Source of the DNA: the human T2T-CHM13v2.0 reference genome, Homo sapiens | Length of the DNA: 64,000 nt | Reading direction: 5' to 3' (one strand) | Assembly (NCBI RefSeq): GCF_009914755.1 | Contig: NC_060943.1 | Shown here: positions 1 to 13,075 of the stretch, in pieces | Numbering within the stretch: the first letter of the stretch is position 1 | Layout: the number at the start of each line of letters is the position of its first letter | Program-made: the position numbers and the translations under genes | The notes under the pieces: model-generated | What the model saw: only the letters and a program-made list of their open reading frames with translations | Databases searched by the model: none | What the model was told of the DNA's origin: nothing

Positions 1-381
1 CAATCTTGGAATATATAAATACTTCTTGCTCCATTTTTGAAGCCCCCTCAAAGCCCCATCTTCCTTCCCACCCATTCCTGACACTGCCTCTGGGTTTCTA
101 GAATTCATCAAAATTTTCCCTAGAATTGTTGATAGCCCTCAGCATGTATATGTTAAGCTCTTCCTCAATACATGCATGAAATGTTGCCAGAGGAAATAAG
201 AAAATTGAATAAATAACATTTGCCACCTAACTGGAACAATGAAGAAAAGGCAGACAGCGACCATCCTTGATCTTCTCACTGGGATAACCTTTGAATGGGA
301 CAGTGGAATAGAACCATTAATGGAGGGAAGATAGCTGTGAAATGGTGTGAAAGAGAGTGAATTTTGGGGAAAGATGGTTAC

Positions 382-476
382 CTGATGCAGTTCCTCACAT
401 GCTACTATCAGGACATTCTTTTTTCCTCTCATTTGTAGCCAGCCATGAGTGTGGTCATACCATGAGTCATGAGTCA
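382..476 (-). pseudogene. SULT2A-like sulfotransferase pseudogene copy A, exon homologous to SULT2A1 exon 4
   Basis: Minus strand reads cctcttttcctcatctttctcacag|TG ACT CAT...CTG CAT CAG|gtaacc. It is 95 nt (phase 1 to phase 0) and translates (V)THDSWYDHTHGWLQMRGKKNVLIVACEELHQ, versus recalled SULT2A1 VLYGSWFDHIHGWMPMREEKNFLLLSYEELKQ. Lies inside ORF-track 139..567. Confidence 0.9.
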
Positions 477-1517
477 CTGTGAGAAAGATGAGGAAAAGAG
501 GTGATGGGTTTGATTGTCTGCACAGTTGCAGCCCACTGTATGCATGCCATAAGTAGTTAAGGAGCACATGGGTGAAGTGAATGGAAATCCTTTTCCCTTT
601 TTTCTCATTTGCAAGAGAAATAGAATTCTGCCCTTACTGCCTAGATACAAGGCAGCAGGTGCTGTGTGAGATCGAGTATTGAAGATAAGTTTCACCTCTA
701 CCTGTGAAGTGGATTTTCAATTATGAAGAAAATTCAGTTAGCAAATATAGGAGCTAAACTTCATTGTTCTTTTTTTTTTGAAGTCAATGACTTTGTTGTT
801 TCTATCATGAATTTAGTTGCTTTCTCTTATGCCAGAAAATGATGTAATTAATGGCTGCTAACACATGTTTTTTGCTTATCTTCTACCCACCAAGAAGGTT
901 TTTCCTCACATTTGCACTGTATTCAGATGACTGTGGCTGGAGGGGTCATGTCTCAAGGGATCCTGTTACTTGGATATTGTTGACATATAGTGTGGGGCAT
1001 CTGACACATGCACACCAGCATCTCCCCTTGATATTTTTAGTCTTCATATCAAGAGTAAACTTGCTGTTTCTCTCTGTAAATCTGGACAGTAAAATAGAAG
1101 AACTAATATTCAGGAATGGTCAGCTTGCTTTCGGGTCATACGTAATAGAAACCTATGCTGAAACATAAAAAGTGAAACATTCAAGCAGAAAAGTGCAGAG
1201 ATTGAGGGAATTCTGTTTGATTCCACTGCTCCAGCTCATTCTAAGGAGGTCGAGTTGAATTCTTATGTAGGATTCATTGAAAAAGCATAGTGTTTTCATA
1301 ATTGCCCTTTTGCTCAAATTATTTACATTTAATATTTCTTGCAACTAAAGGTTTGGCATAATTCAGTAAAAGCTATGGCTGTGGACATGATGGTGCTGAA
1401 GTGCAAATAATGAAGTGATCTGCTCAATTCCATGTAGATCATATACCCCAAGAACTTCAAATACCAAAGTGGATGCTTTTAAAAATCTTACAATAAAGAT
1501 GCCAAGTATTTTTACAT

Positions 1518-1825
1518 TTTTTTTTAATTTTTATTTTTTGAGACAGAACCGTGCTCTGTCATCCAGGCTGGAGTGCAGTGGCATGATCTTGGCTCATTGC
1601 AACCTCACTGCCTCTCAGGTTCAAGCTCTTCTCCTGCCTCAGCCTCCCAAGTAGCTGGGATTACATGTGCCCACCACCATGCACGGCTAATTTTTTTGTA
1701 TTTTTAGTAAAGACGGGGTTTCACCATGTTAGCCAGGCTGGTCTTTAACTCCTGACCTCAAGTGATCCGCCTGCCTTAGCCTCCCAAATTGCTAGGATTA
1801 CAGGTGTGAGCCACTGCACCCAGCC
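1518..1825 (-). mobile_element. Alu (AluS-type)
   Basis: Poly-T followed by the antisense Alu body. Flanked by TSD-like agatgc(c/t)aagtatttt. Absent from duplicate copy B. Confidence 0.92.
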
Positions 1826-2815
1826 AGAGATGCTAAGTATTTTTGTAACATGGAGCAGCTCTGAACACTTTGGTCAATAAGAAAATTGAGGCTCGTAGAA
1901 GTTAAACCATTCTTCTGCTGAAAATAGCTAGTAAAAGGTTGAATAATCGCTGTTTGAATGCCGACATTGGGACCTCTGAGAGGAGAGCATTTATGCAGGA
2001 ACATGCTAGATCATGGACTTTGGGAGCATGTTATGCTGCTATAGCAAAAATTGTACTAGTTAAAAATATGGTTACTCCATGAATTACAAGGTAATCTCAC
2101 AAGATGCCAGATAATTGCACAAGCTGGCAGAAAGAAAAATGATGTTTTAAATTTTTTATTTTTGGCATGATAGCCTTTAAAAATAACTTTTATGGAAGTC
2201 CACCCTTTAAAAACAATATTTTAAAAAATTGAAATACAGGTTAAATTTGAAGCTCTTTAATATAGTGATTAAAGCTGCACATGATGTTGACCATGCAGAT
2301 ATTAGTACCTTAATGCCTTCACCACACCTAACTCCCATCCTGGTTCTAAGCTGTACCAGCTTTTCTCACCTCATGCAGTTTCCTGAGTTTGTCCTTCAGC
2401 TTGGTTCCTTGGTAGCCTAGTCTACAGGTTTTTCTTTATATCTTATTTTTTTTAAGTTAACAATGGATCCTGGAGGCCACTGTGCGGTGATGTGGCAGTA
2501 TTCCCTATTCCTGTTTTAAGTTGGGTACTATTCCAGAATATTGTCAGTGGCAATTTTGGTTCTTTCTTGTTTGCTATTTCAAGTAAAGAACATTTGAATA
2601 GTTTTGTAAATCCATCTTTTTTTGTGTTTTTGCTTTTGTACTTCTTCTGTTTGATAAGGGGGAATTCTGCATGAACATGTAACTGCAGGAACGTGAGAAT
2701 TTGCAAACTTTTCCTACATAGATTTATGTCATTTTCCATCTAACCACCAATATATGAGCATGCCTGTCTATGAGAGTCTCACCACTAGGGTGATTGGAAT
2801 GATCTGAATGCTAGC

Positions 2816-3280
2816 TGTGGTAGGCAGCAGGTCCCCCAGTACACACACACCAAAGATGTCCATATCCTAATCCTCAAATCTGTGAATGTGTTACTTTTCA
2901 TAGCGCAAGTGACTTTGAAGGTGTGATTAAAGAATCTTCAGATGGGGAGATTATCTTGGCCTATCCAGCTGGAGACAGTGTAATCACAAGGGTCATTTTA
3001 AGAGGCAGGCATAAGTGGCAAAAGCAGAGAAAGAGATGTGATGACAAGAAGGATGTGGCCATGTGACGAAGTGAGGGCAGCCTCTAGAAGCTAGAAAAGG
3101 CAAGAGGTAGATCCTCTCCTGGAGCCTCAGGAATGGCAGGTAGCTAGGCCCACAGATTAATTTTAGCTCATAAGACATATTTTGGAATTCTGAACTGCAG
3201 AACATGGCAGTTTAAACAAAACTGCTTAGTTTTAACTGCTGTATTTGTGGTAATTCATCACAGCAGAGAGAAACTAATGA
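2816..3280 (+). mobile_element. MaLR LTR (MLT1D-like)
   Basis: tgtggtaggcag...aaagatgtccatatcctaatcc...gtaatcacaagggtc...cagcctctagaagctagaaaaggcaag...aaactaat, typical of MLT1. Also present in copy B. Confidence 0.8.
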
Positions 3281-3562
3281 ACCTCCTAGTGTGATAGGTG
3301 AGAAATGGTATCTCGGTGTGGTTTGAATTACACTTCTCTTATTTTGAGTATGGTAAGTTGTATTTTTAAATGGTCACAGCACTTAGAATAATTTGGAGGG
3401 ACAAAGCATGTTCACTGAGATTCTGTTGCTAACTGGAGGTACCAGAGATTTAACCAACACCTAGGTTTGGAGGGCAAAATTTGTTTAAACCATGAGACAG
3501 TAAGACCTGGACGTAGAAACTCCACCATTCTTCTAGGAACCCCTATTTTGAGTCATAGTCAC

Positions 3563-3689
3563 CATGTCCTTGAAGAAACCATTCAAAATATTCTTCAGAT
3601 GACTCTGGATTTTTGACCATCCTTATTGCTCTCCAGAAATAGTAACTAGAAATAACAGCATCTCTGGGATTTCTCACTATGTAAATAAT
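3563..3689 (-). pseudogene. SULT2A-like pseudogene copy A, exon homologous to SULT2A1 exon 3 (3'-phosphate-binding motif)
   Basis: 127 nt with an open frame IIYIVRNPRDAVISSYYFWRAIRMVKNPESSEEYFEWFLQGH+G, versus recalled SULT2A1 VIYLMRNPRDVLVSGYFFWKNMKFIKKPKSWEEYFEWFCQGT. Donor gtgact. The acceptor is mutated to CG (tttacg|ATT). Confidence 0.95.
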
Positions 3690-5326
3690 CGTAAATGAAA
3701 AAGGGGATATTGAGAATAAATATATCCATTTCCTTTGCTCCAGGATTTTTGCAAGTGGATAAAAAAATTTAACTCACATTAGAGTCTTTGGCTGTAGCTC
3801 AGCCTTCTTTAAATCATTCATTTAACAAAATGTATTGAGAACCTACTATGTGCTAGACATACAGCTATAATGGATCAATGAAAGAAGTCTGCGTCCGAGT
3901 CCTCTGTACATTTATGGCTAAGGGCTGGGCTGTACAGGCATGGGGCAAGATCACCAGAATTTTACCAAATAGTAGTGACTTCTAACAGCTTCTTAACACT
4001 CCTGTTATCTAGCTGAGTCATTGAAAGCAGCCAGCTACAAACAGACACATTCCAGGCAGTGGAGAAAGAGGAGAAAAATGCCCCCTAACTTCTCATCAGA
4101 AAAACAAAGGCCTAATGAAAATGGAAAGTTGTCTTTAAAGTGCTGAAGGGGGAAAAAAAACCTTCATGCTAAATATGCTTCACGTATGAGGATGAACTCA
4201 AGGTAATCTTAGAAACATGAAAGCTGTGAGAATTTATTGCTGTCAGCTCTACACGACAACGAATTCTAAAGTCCTTCAGTCTGTGAGGAATCATAGTGTA
4301 TGTCAAGGGGGAAGGAAGGAAGAAGCCAAGAAACAGTAAAGGAGTAAATTTAAAAGACATTTTCTTTCCTCTTCCAATTAACTTAAAAGACAGCTGAGTG
4401 TTTAAAGCAAAATAACCCCGTAGACAGTTTTTGCAATGTAGATAAGAGTGAAAATTGTGAGGGAAATAGTACAAAGAAAGATGGTGGGTAAATGGAATCA
4501 GTTAATAACTCCAGATTTTCTCCTCGTTCAGCTTGACAAAGTCACCAAATCCTCCATCTGCATAACTCCATCAGTAAACACTGCATTTAATCTCCTGGGA
4601 CAACCAATACTTTTTCTGTATTTTTCTCCCTGCCTCACCCTCTTTACCTATCTATGATATTTCTTAAAATAGATGTTTTCACCAACTGCACCCTGGGATC
4701 TGATACTAAGCTAGGCTGTCAGTAAATGATATTGTCACCACAGAAACCAAGTATATGTCTACTCTTTGTCGTGCCCAAATACAAATCTGTAAATTCCCTT
4801 AATATGTGGGTTGGGGTCATCTTAATCATCACCTTTTTCTCAATCCTGTTTCAGAGCCTGACACATGATAGGTGCATAATACTTAAATGTATGAAGGAAT
4901 AAAAGGCATGAATGCATACATAAGTTAATTAATAATCAGAAGTGAGTACATGGAAGAATCAGTACTGCCAGTTTAAACACACAGAAACTGTGCTTCAAAG
5001 ACGCTGCACTATTTGCCAGTAGACAAAATGTGGAACCAAGGTTCAAACTGGAATTTTCTGAGATAAAGTCACAATCATATTACAGAGCTTGGTCTTGGGC
5101 TGTTTGCTTGGGCTATTTGTTTTCTTTTTCATTTATTCATCCTATATTTTCTTAAATCTCTACAACGTTTTAAGCACTTTGCCAAATTAGTATAAAACAG
5201 TAAAAATAGTAAGATAATAAACATGGTCTTCATAATCATGGATGTCACGGTAAAATGAATCAGCCTGACAGTAAGTAAGCCAGCAAATGAAACATAGCAC
5301 AGTAGTAATACAATGTGATAGCATAA

Positions 5327-5653
<327 letters not shown>

Positions 5654-6109
5654 TGATAATACTGCTACTACCACATCACCTAAGATGCTTCAAGGGAGTT
5701 TCATACAGTTTTGATGGTTTTAATGCCATATGATTTAAACTATAATCTATGATGAGTACACATTCACATTTTATAGCACAGGGTCACTCAATGCTAGAGG
5801 TTTTATGTAGAGCTCCTGAAATGATGCATCTGAGTCCTTTCAGCTGGGAAAGACATGGTCTGAATAGGTAATATCATGGTTAGAAAAACCCAATTGGGTT
5901 TCACATGTGAGTACCAAACCTATATTTCCTCTCAAATAGAGGTACTGGCTTATAATTGAGGTGCTTCCCACATGGGCTTGTCAACATTGGGTGCCTCTGT
6001 GTTGAGGGTGCAGCCAGGATTTATAAAACTGAAGACTGAATATTCTCTGGGGCAATACCAGGCAGATTCTCTTGTATATGACATTGTAGCTTAGAACAAG
6101 ATTTTCTAA

Positions 6110-6480
<371 letters not shown>

Positions 6481-6501
6481 GACATTCCATTATTAACTCA
6501 C

Positions 6502-6706
6502 CTTGGCCTTGGAATTAATGACTTGGAGAAGACCTGAATGGGGAGGGGAGAGCAGTAGAAGCATGAGCCTTTCTGACTGTCTACATGTTCTTGCCCAGTT
6601 TTAACTTCTAGTCATGGCGAATGATCGCAGGAGAGCACAGACTGGACCCTGCTACGATCTCTCTTGGAGTGGATCAGACTGATGATCACCAACAACCAAC
6701 TCATTC
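6502..6706 (-). pseudogene. SULT2A-like pseudogene copy A, exon homologous to SULT2A1 exon 2
   Basis: Translates (G)MSWLLVIISLIHSKRDRSRVQSVLSCDHSP*LEVKTGQEHVDSQKGSCFYCSPLPIQVFSKS[fs]NSKAK|gtgagt, versus recalled [34 protein letters not shown]...SSHLPIQLFPKSFFSSKAK. Length 205 nt vs expected 209. TGA at 6612-6614, catalytic His replaced by Pro, acceptor CGG. Confidence 0.93.
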
Positions 6707-6974
6707 CCGGATAAGGAAGAAGAGAGTGTCACCTACTTCAGTGTGGTTTCAACCCTACTTCTGCATCTTAAAGACACTGTATGGTTTCAGCAGTAGTGCC
6801 CCTGTTCATTAGTCCCCCTGATGTTTTCATTCCTCATCTCATCTTTTTCTTAGCAGCATTCAATGAATCCTTCATTCTAGAAACACTCTATATCTTTGGT
6901 TTTCATGAGACCATTCTCACCTTGTTTTGTCCTGTGACTTTTTTGAAAAAAACAAAAACAAAAAACCCTTTTTT

Positions 6975-7421
6975 TCTTTTTAAATTCTGGTAAAAAACAC
7001 AATGAAAATTTGCTATCTTAACCATGTTGAAATGTGCAGTTAGTAAAGTACATTCACATTGTGGTGCAAGCCATCACTACCATCCATCACTAGAACCCTT
7101 TTCATCTTGCAGATCTGAAACTCTACCCATTAAACGACTTCCCATCTTCCCATCCCCACAGCTCCTAGCAACCAACATTCTACTTTCTCTATCAGTTTGA
7201 CTACTCTAGGTACCTCATATGAGTAGAATCATACAGCATTTATCCTTCTCTGCCTGGCTTATTTCACTTGTATAATGTCCTCAAGGTTCATTCATGTTGT
7301 AGCATGCATCAGAACTTCCTCCCCTTTTAAAGGCTGGATAATATTTCATGGTATGTTTAGATCACATTCTGTTTATCCATTCATCCATCAGTGAACACTT
7401 GTGCTCCTTCCAACTTTGGGC
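6975..7421 (-). mobile_element. L1MB-type 3' UTR fragment (preceded by an L2-like relic ~6720-6935)
   Basis: aaaatttgctatcttaacc...acattcacattgtggtgcaagccatcactacc...ggtacctcatatgagtagaatcatacagc...tcaaggttcattcatgttgtagcatg is the antisense L1M 3' end. Confidence 0.8.
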
Positions 7422-7849
7422 TGTTGGGTGTCCTGCCACTGTTGCTCCTAGTGCTCAATCTCGTTTATTCCCTCCTAATCAAGTGTACAACGTTGGACAC
7501 TGTGCAGGATGATGCCACTTCATCTTGGATGCTAATCTGCCATGTTGACTTCTGATTAACCCCAGGCCCAGGAATGCCTCAAGATTTCTACTTTACTTAC
7601 TGTTGCTTGTGTAAGCCAAGACAACCTTGATGTTATCATAAACATGTACTTACCTAAGTCCTGTCCTTTGGCAAATTATGGGCTATGAGACACAGCATTC
7701 TTGCCTTTCCCTGAGGGGTCAATTTCAGCGATCCTACACATTCCTTCTGAAGCACTTATGCTCTTTCTATATGGTATGTAAGCTCTCGGTCTGGGGAGTA
7801 ACAGTGCAGAGATCTACCTGTCTTGTTGCCACATGTTTCTAAACTTTCC

Positions 7850-7855
7850 AATAAA
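7850..7855 (+). terminator. Poly(A) signal in the LTR, likely the MORT 3' end
   Basis: AATAAA followed by a T/GT-rich downstream element. Confidence 0.7.
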
Positions 7856-9988
7856 TCACCTTCTACTGACAAACTGGATTTGTCTTCCTTATTCTTTGGT
7901 TTCTTGGTTCCTTTTTGGTATGGATTTGCTTTCCCTATGTGGTTCTTTCATGAAACTGTTGGTGAGCTAGCCAGGAGGAATTCAGGAGCCAAAGTATGGG
8001 CAAGGGAAGGAAGCCTCAGTTGGGGAAGTCTTGGGGCAGCCCTCTGTGTGTGTGGGGTGATATTGCCCGTTTGCTGGATGCCTGCAGACCACCGCCTGAG
8101 TACGGGGATGGCCCAGAACACTACAGGGTCTAGAGTGCTTGTGAGAAGAAAACCACACCATGCACTGAAGGTCCCTGAAGGTGGCAACAGAGGGGTGGCC
8201 GCTATTATGGGTTGCACATGTGACCCCAGAAGTACAGTTAGCAACCGAGACAAAGGTACAGAAGCTAGAGAAGTAATTACAGTTAGAGAAGGATATGAGG
8301 ATCTCCACATCTGTGTTAGCATCTAATTTGGTGCATAAGCTTGAAACTCAGGAGGTGCAGGTGGAAACTGTTGTCTGCCGCTTTTATGCAGCTGCGAGGA
8401 CAAAAACTGCACTGGTTGCAAGTGTGAGCTGTCCTTGCTAGACCAGACCAAGATGCTGAGACCTGGAATCCTTGGGAATCGACTTGTGAGTCAGATGAAG
8501 ACAGAGGTTATCTCAGAGTAGGAGGATTGTCCTCCCCTTTTGAGGGCAGGAGGAAAACAAAACCCAACAGATACAGCTGTACAATAGCAAGCAGTCTTTT
8601 CACAGCAAAGCTTAACTCTGAGAGTACACCTCAGCAGAACTATTGGACACAGCAAGAACTCTTAAAGCAGCTGCCAAGAGACAGCATAGCCACATGGATG
8701 GTGGTGTGGCTATGCGAGAGGCCCAGTGAAGGGGACTTCCCAGGTCAGACACTGGCATGGTGGTCTCTGGAGGAGGCACAGAGCAATTCAGGGGAGCTGG
8801 GTATGCAGCAGGCCATCTATGACCAGCAGTTGCAGTTGTCCCCTTGTAGGACAAGATGTATATTATGTGCGGGATGCCGTAGCTGGTCTTGGAGAAACTG
8901 AAAGGGGAAGGGATAAGGTCCAACTGGTTACCAAGGGAAAAGAAAAGGAGATAGCAAGTCTGTTGGACTTGAAAAAGGAGGTCTAAAAGACCCAGTTAGG
9001 ATTACCAGAAAACAAATGTGGTACAATCTGATCTCAGCTGGGATAAACCAAGAAACGGAATCAGCAACCTCATGCCATGTTGGTGGGCATTTGAAAGGAC
9101 TTAACTCCCGCCCAACTGTTTAGACCTTTTCCCAGCATCCGGCCAGAAAAGGAGGATGGAGGAGATGAAACTATGTATTAAAAAAGAACTCCGGTCTCTG
9201 CTCCAGCCTTGGACTCCTATCCAGCCTACAGACTGCGGGGCGGGGGGCGGGGGTGGGAGGGGGCGGAAGGGGGGCAAGGTTGCCTCTAGGGATGAGCAGT
9301 AGAGGGTGACTAGAGGCTCCATGTGGAGCTCACAATATCAGAGTTGAAAAACACATGCAGAGGACACTAGTTGTAGTGGACACAGGTGCAGAGTGCACCT
9401 TAGTTCTTGGAAGCCCAGAGAGACACGCTGGTAAGTGGACAGCTCTAGATGGTTACTGGGGACAAACAATCCAAGTGGAACAAACTCCTCCCCTTCTTGG
9501 TATTGGATGGTGGAGTTTCCCTGCTTACTATACTGTCTTTATCTCACCTATTCCAGAAAACATGTTGGATATGGACATCCTTTAAGGATGCACTTTGCAA
9601 ACGTCCATGGGGGAATTCCACCAATGAGTTTGGGTGGTAAACACTATTTAAAGAGTGGCAGTGAAATAGGCACCTGTACTTTTTCCTCCCCCATGATGTA
9701 TCATCAGTGTGAAGTAACAAATTATTTTCTTGGCAGAATAAAAGAAATGACAGCCACCATAGAGGAACTAGCCAAAGTTAATATTAGTCGGCCAGCCCAG
9801 AGTCCCTTCAGGAGTTCTGTGTGACTGGGAAAGGAAATCTGACAGCACCGGGCACGTGACAGTAGACTACAGGGAATTCAATAAGGTATTTGCTGACATA
9901 TACCCTGTTGTGCCTAATATCATCTAAGTGATAGAACAACTATACAAACTATAGGTACTTATCATCTGTATTAGATTTAGCCAATGCC

Positions 9989-10283
9989 TTTTTTTTTTTT
10001 CTTGAGAAAAGGTCTTGCTCTGTCACTCAGGCTGGAGTGCAGTAGCACCATCATAGCTCACTGCAGCCTTGACCTCCTGGGCTCAAGCGATCCTTCAGCT
10101 GCAGCCTCCTGAGTAGCTGGGACTACTCAGGAGGTGTGCCATCAAGGTGCGCCACCAAGCCCAGCTAACTTTTCTTATTTTCTGCAGAGATGAGAAAATA
10201 AAGAGACCAGGCTGATCTTAAACTCTTGACCTCAAGTGATCCTCCCACCTCAGCCTCCTAAAGTGCTGAGATTACAGGCACAT
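9989..10283 (-). mobile_element. AluJ-like at the ERV deletion junction
   Basis: Poly-T plus gctcactgcagccttgacctcctgggctcaagcgatcc (AluJ diagnostic). Confidence 0.85.
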
Positions 10284-10549
10284 ACTAGATTTGTCTACCT
10301 CATTCTTTGGTTTCTTGACTCCTGTGTTGGGGAATGCTTTGCATATACAGCCCTTTCACAAAAGAGACCCCACAAAACAATTGATCTCATTCTGTACATC
10401 CAGCTAAAATCACATGTGTACTAGCTGATAAGGCAGAACAAAAGTAATTAAGAGGTTTTATTTACTTAAATATATAGTGAGTCAAAGAAATGTGGATGAG
10501 CATTGATTTGAAGGCTATTTATAGATCATGAAGGTAAGCCTGGTGTTCA

Positions 10550-10703
10550 CCCATGTTGAGGGTGTATCTTCCCCACTCAGTCCACTGATTTATAAGCCAA
10601 TCTCCTCTGGTAATACCCTGAAGACACAGCCAGAAGTAATGTTTACCAGTTACATACATATTCCTTAATCCATTCAAGTTAATACCTGAAATTAACCATC
10701 ACA
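10550..10703. mobile_element. MLT2-like LTR fragment
   Basis: cccactcagtccactgatt...aatctcctctgg...ccttaatccattcaagttaatacctgaaattaaccatcaca. Confidence 0.65.
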
Positions 10704-10834
10704 TCAACCCATGTTCTATGGTACAAAGCACTGTGGATGCATTATCTGTTTACACAAGGAAACTATAGGCTCAAACAGGCTTAATCAGTTTCTAAACTGA
10801 CCCTTTAATTTAGTGGGATATGTTGAATCAAGGA

Positions 10835-11786
<952 letters not shown>

Positions 11787-11792
11787 CTATGC

Positions 11793-12700
11793 TATGAGGA
11801 CTAAGCTCTGATATTTTTATGTTGCCCAAATTCCTACCTAAGGGGTCTAAGGAGTCATGCCCTACAAACTATAAATTCTCATCAGATGGGTTTTGTCTGG
11901 CCCTACGCATCACGAGTTACTTTTCAGTATAACTCTGGCATAACATTATGAGACCAGGAAAAAAATATTTAACCCCAAAATATATTTCCTTGCCATACCT
12001 TGAAACTGCCCTGCTAAGTCTCTTTTGGGAAAAATCCACATCCTATAGAGAATCTCCTTTCCCCCTTGTTTTCCTTCATTTCTTTCCAGATCCAGGAGAT
12101 AATCAACTAAGAGCCAGGTACCCTTTTGGGCTTGATAAGAAACATTTTACAACCTGCTCTCTCTCTCAAGTCTGCTGAGAACTTCCTCTGCACAATAAAA
12201 TTTGGCCTCCACAATCCTTTATGTTATCCTGAACATTCCTTTCTATTGATCCCAGGTGTTCAGATAAACTCAACCAATTGTCAACCAGAAAATGTTTAAA
12301 TTTACCTATAGCCTGGAAGCCACCACTCTGAATTGTCCTGCCTTTCTGAACCTAAACAATGTATTTCCTAAATGTATTTGATTGATGTCTCATGCATCCC
12401 TAAAAATCTATGAAACCAAGCTGTACCTCAACCACCTTGGGCACATGTTCTCAAGACTTCCTGAGGGCGGTGTCACGGGCCATGGTCACTCATATTTGGC
12501 TCAGAATAAATCTCTTAAAATATTTTACAGAGTTTGACTCTTCGTCAACAATAATCTGGCGCCCAAACGTGGGGCCTCAGAGAAGACTCAGGACCCCTAA
12601 GGAGTTGCCTGAAACCGGAGCTAAGGTACCAGCAGGGGCCCATTGAAGTCCCACTGAGTTCAAGCTTCTCCTCCGGTGGAACTGGTAAGTCCTCCTGAGC
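11793..12700 (+). mobile_element. MER4-family LTR plus PBS and start of the internal region
   Basis: tgaggactaagctctgat...cctacctaaggggtctaaggagtcatgccctac to ...tttacagagtttgactcttcgtcaaca (12550), then tggcgcccaaacgtggggc (resembles a tRNA-Lys PBS). Confidence 0.82.
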
Positions 12701-12704
12701 CCCA

Positions 12705-13075
12705 GACCTCTCCTTGACCAGACTTTTCTTAGGCTTCCCTGAGCCCTCTTCTTGAGTAGGCCTGGACCTTGGATTTCTGTGTCCATCCTTGCTGCACCCA
12801 GTTTTAGCAAGAATCCTGTTAAGTAGGTTTAGTGAGAATTCCCTTATCCTTGATCAGGTTCCTCATCTTCCACCCTTAATGTCTAAGTCCTTGGCCTGCC
12901 TTTAGCAGGATTCTACCCTTAATACCTAATCAAGTTCCTGTTTGTGATTTCCCACCCATTGACCCCCTTACTCTTATAGTTGGCTACAAAACCAACTGTT
13001 GTTGCTATATTGGGGAGTTGAGTTCACTGTCTCTCCCCCATTGCAATTGTCTTGAACAGTATTACTTACCGTTTA
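12705..13075 (+). mobile_element. MER31-like LTR fragment
   Basis: ctctccttgaccagac...ctgagccctcttcttgagtaggcctggaccttgg...tttagcaagaatcctgttaagt. Confidence 0.65.

Larger units (their letters stand above)
590..3860. repeat. Ancient local tandem duplication, copy A (paralogous to ~13088-17042)
   Basis: Colinear similarity throughout, roughly 80% by eye, e.g. 601 tttctcatttgcaagagaaatagaattctgcc vs 13101 cctcatttgcatgagaaatggaattctgcc. Both copies end at ...tcatttaacaaaatgtattga.a.c.actatgtgct.gacat. Confidence 0.93.
6612..7875 (+). ncRNA. ZNF667-AS1: ZNF667-AS1 (MORT) lncRNA terminal exon
   Basis: Acceptor ttttaacttctag| at 6611 and AATAAA at 7850 inside an LTR. The ~1.27 kb length, the composition (L2, L1MB, LTR47-type) and the position upstream of ZNF471 match my recollection of MORT exon 2. 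Exact ends inferred. Confidence 0.75.
7501..10365 (+). mobile_element. Degenerate class III ERV (ERVL, LTR47-type) provirus with an internal deletion
   Basis: 5' LTR ~7501-7957; PBS-like tggtgagctagccaggag at 7960; gag-like relic; protease LVVVDTGAECTLV...DMDIL (9355-9585); RT pieces SPFRSSV, TVDYREFNKV, VPNI, LDLANAF up to ~9988; 3' LTR U5 remnant 10285-10365; 5-bp TSD GACAC/GACCC. Confidence 0.85.

Noticed and set aside
139-567. 142-aa minus-strand ORF as a standalone gene
   Set aside because: Only 382-476 is meaningful (the SULT exon); the flanks are intron read-through.
6612-6706. MORT acting as a trans-antisense regulator of SULT2A1 mRNA
   Set aside because: The overlap is short and the paralogue is highly diverged, so stable pairing is unlikely. 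Nothing in the sequence supports it.
7823-9824. ERV gag/pro/pol ORFs as functional or domesticated proteins
   Set aside because: Fragmented by stops and frameshifts; RT is truncated before the YxDD motif.
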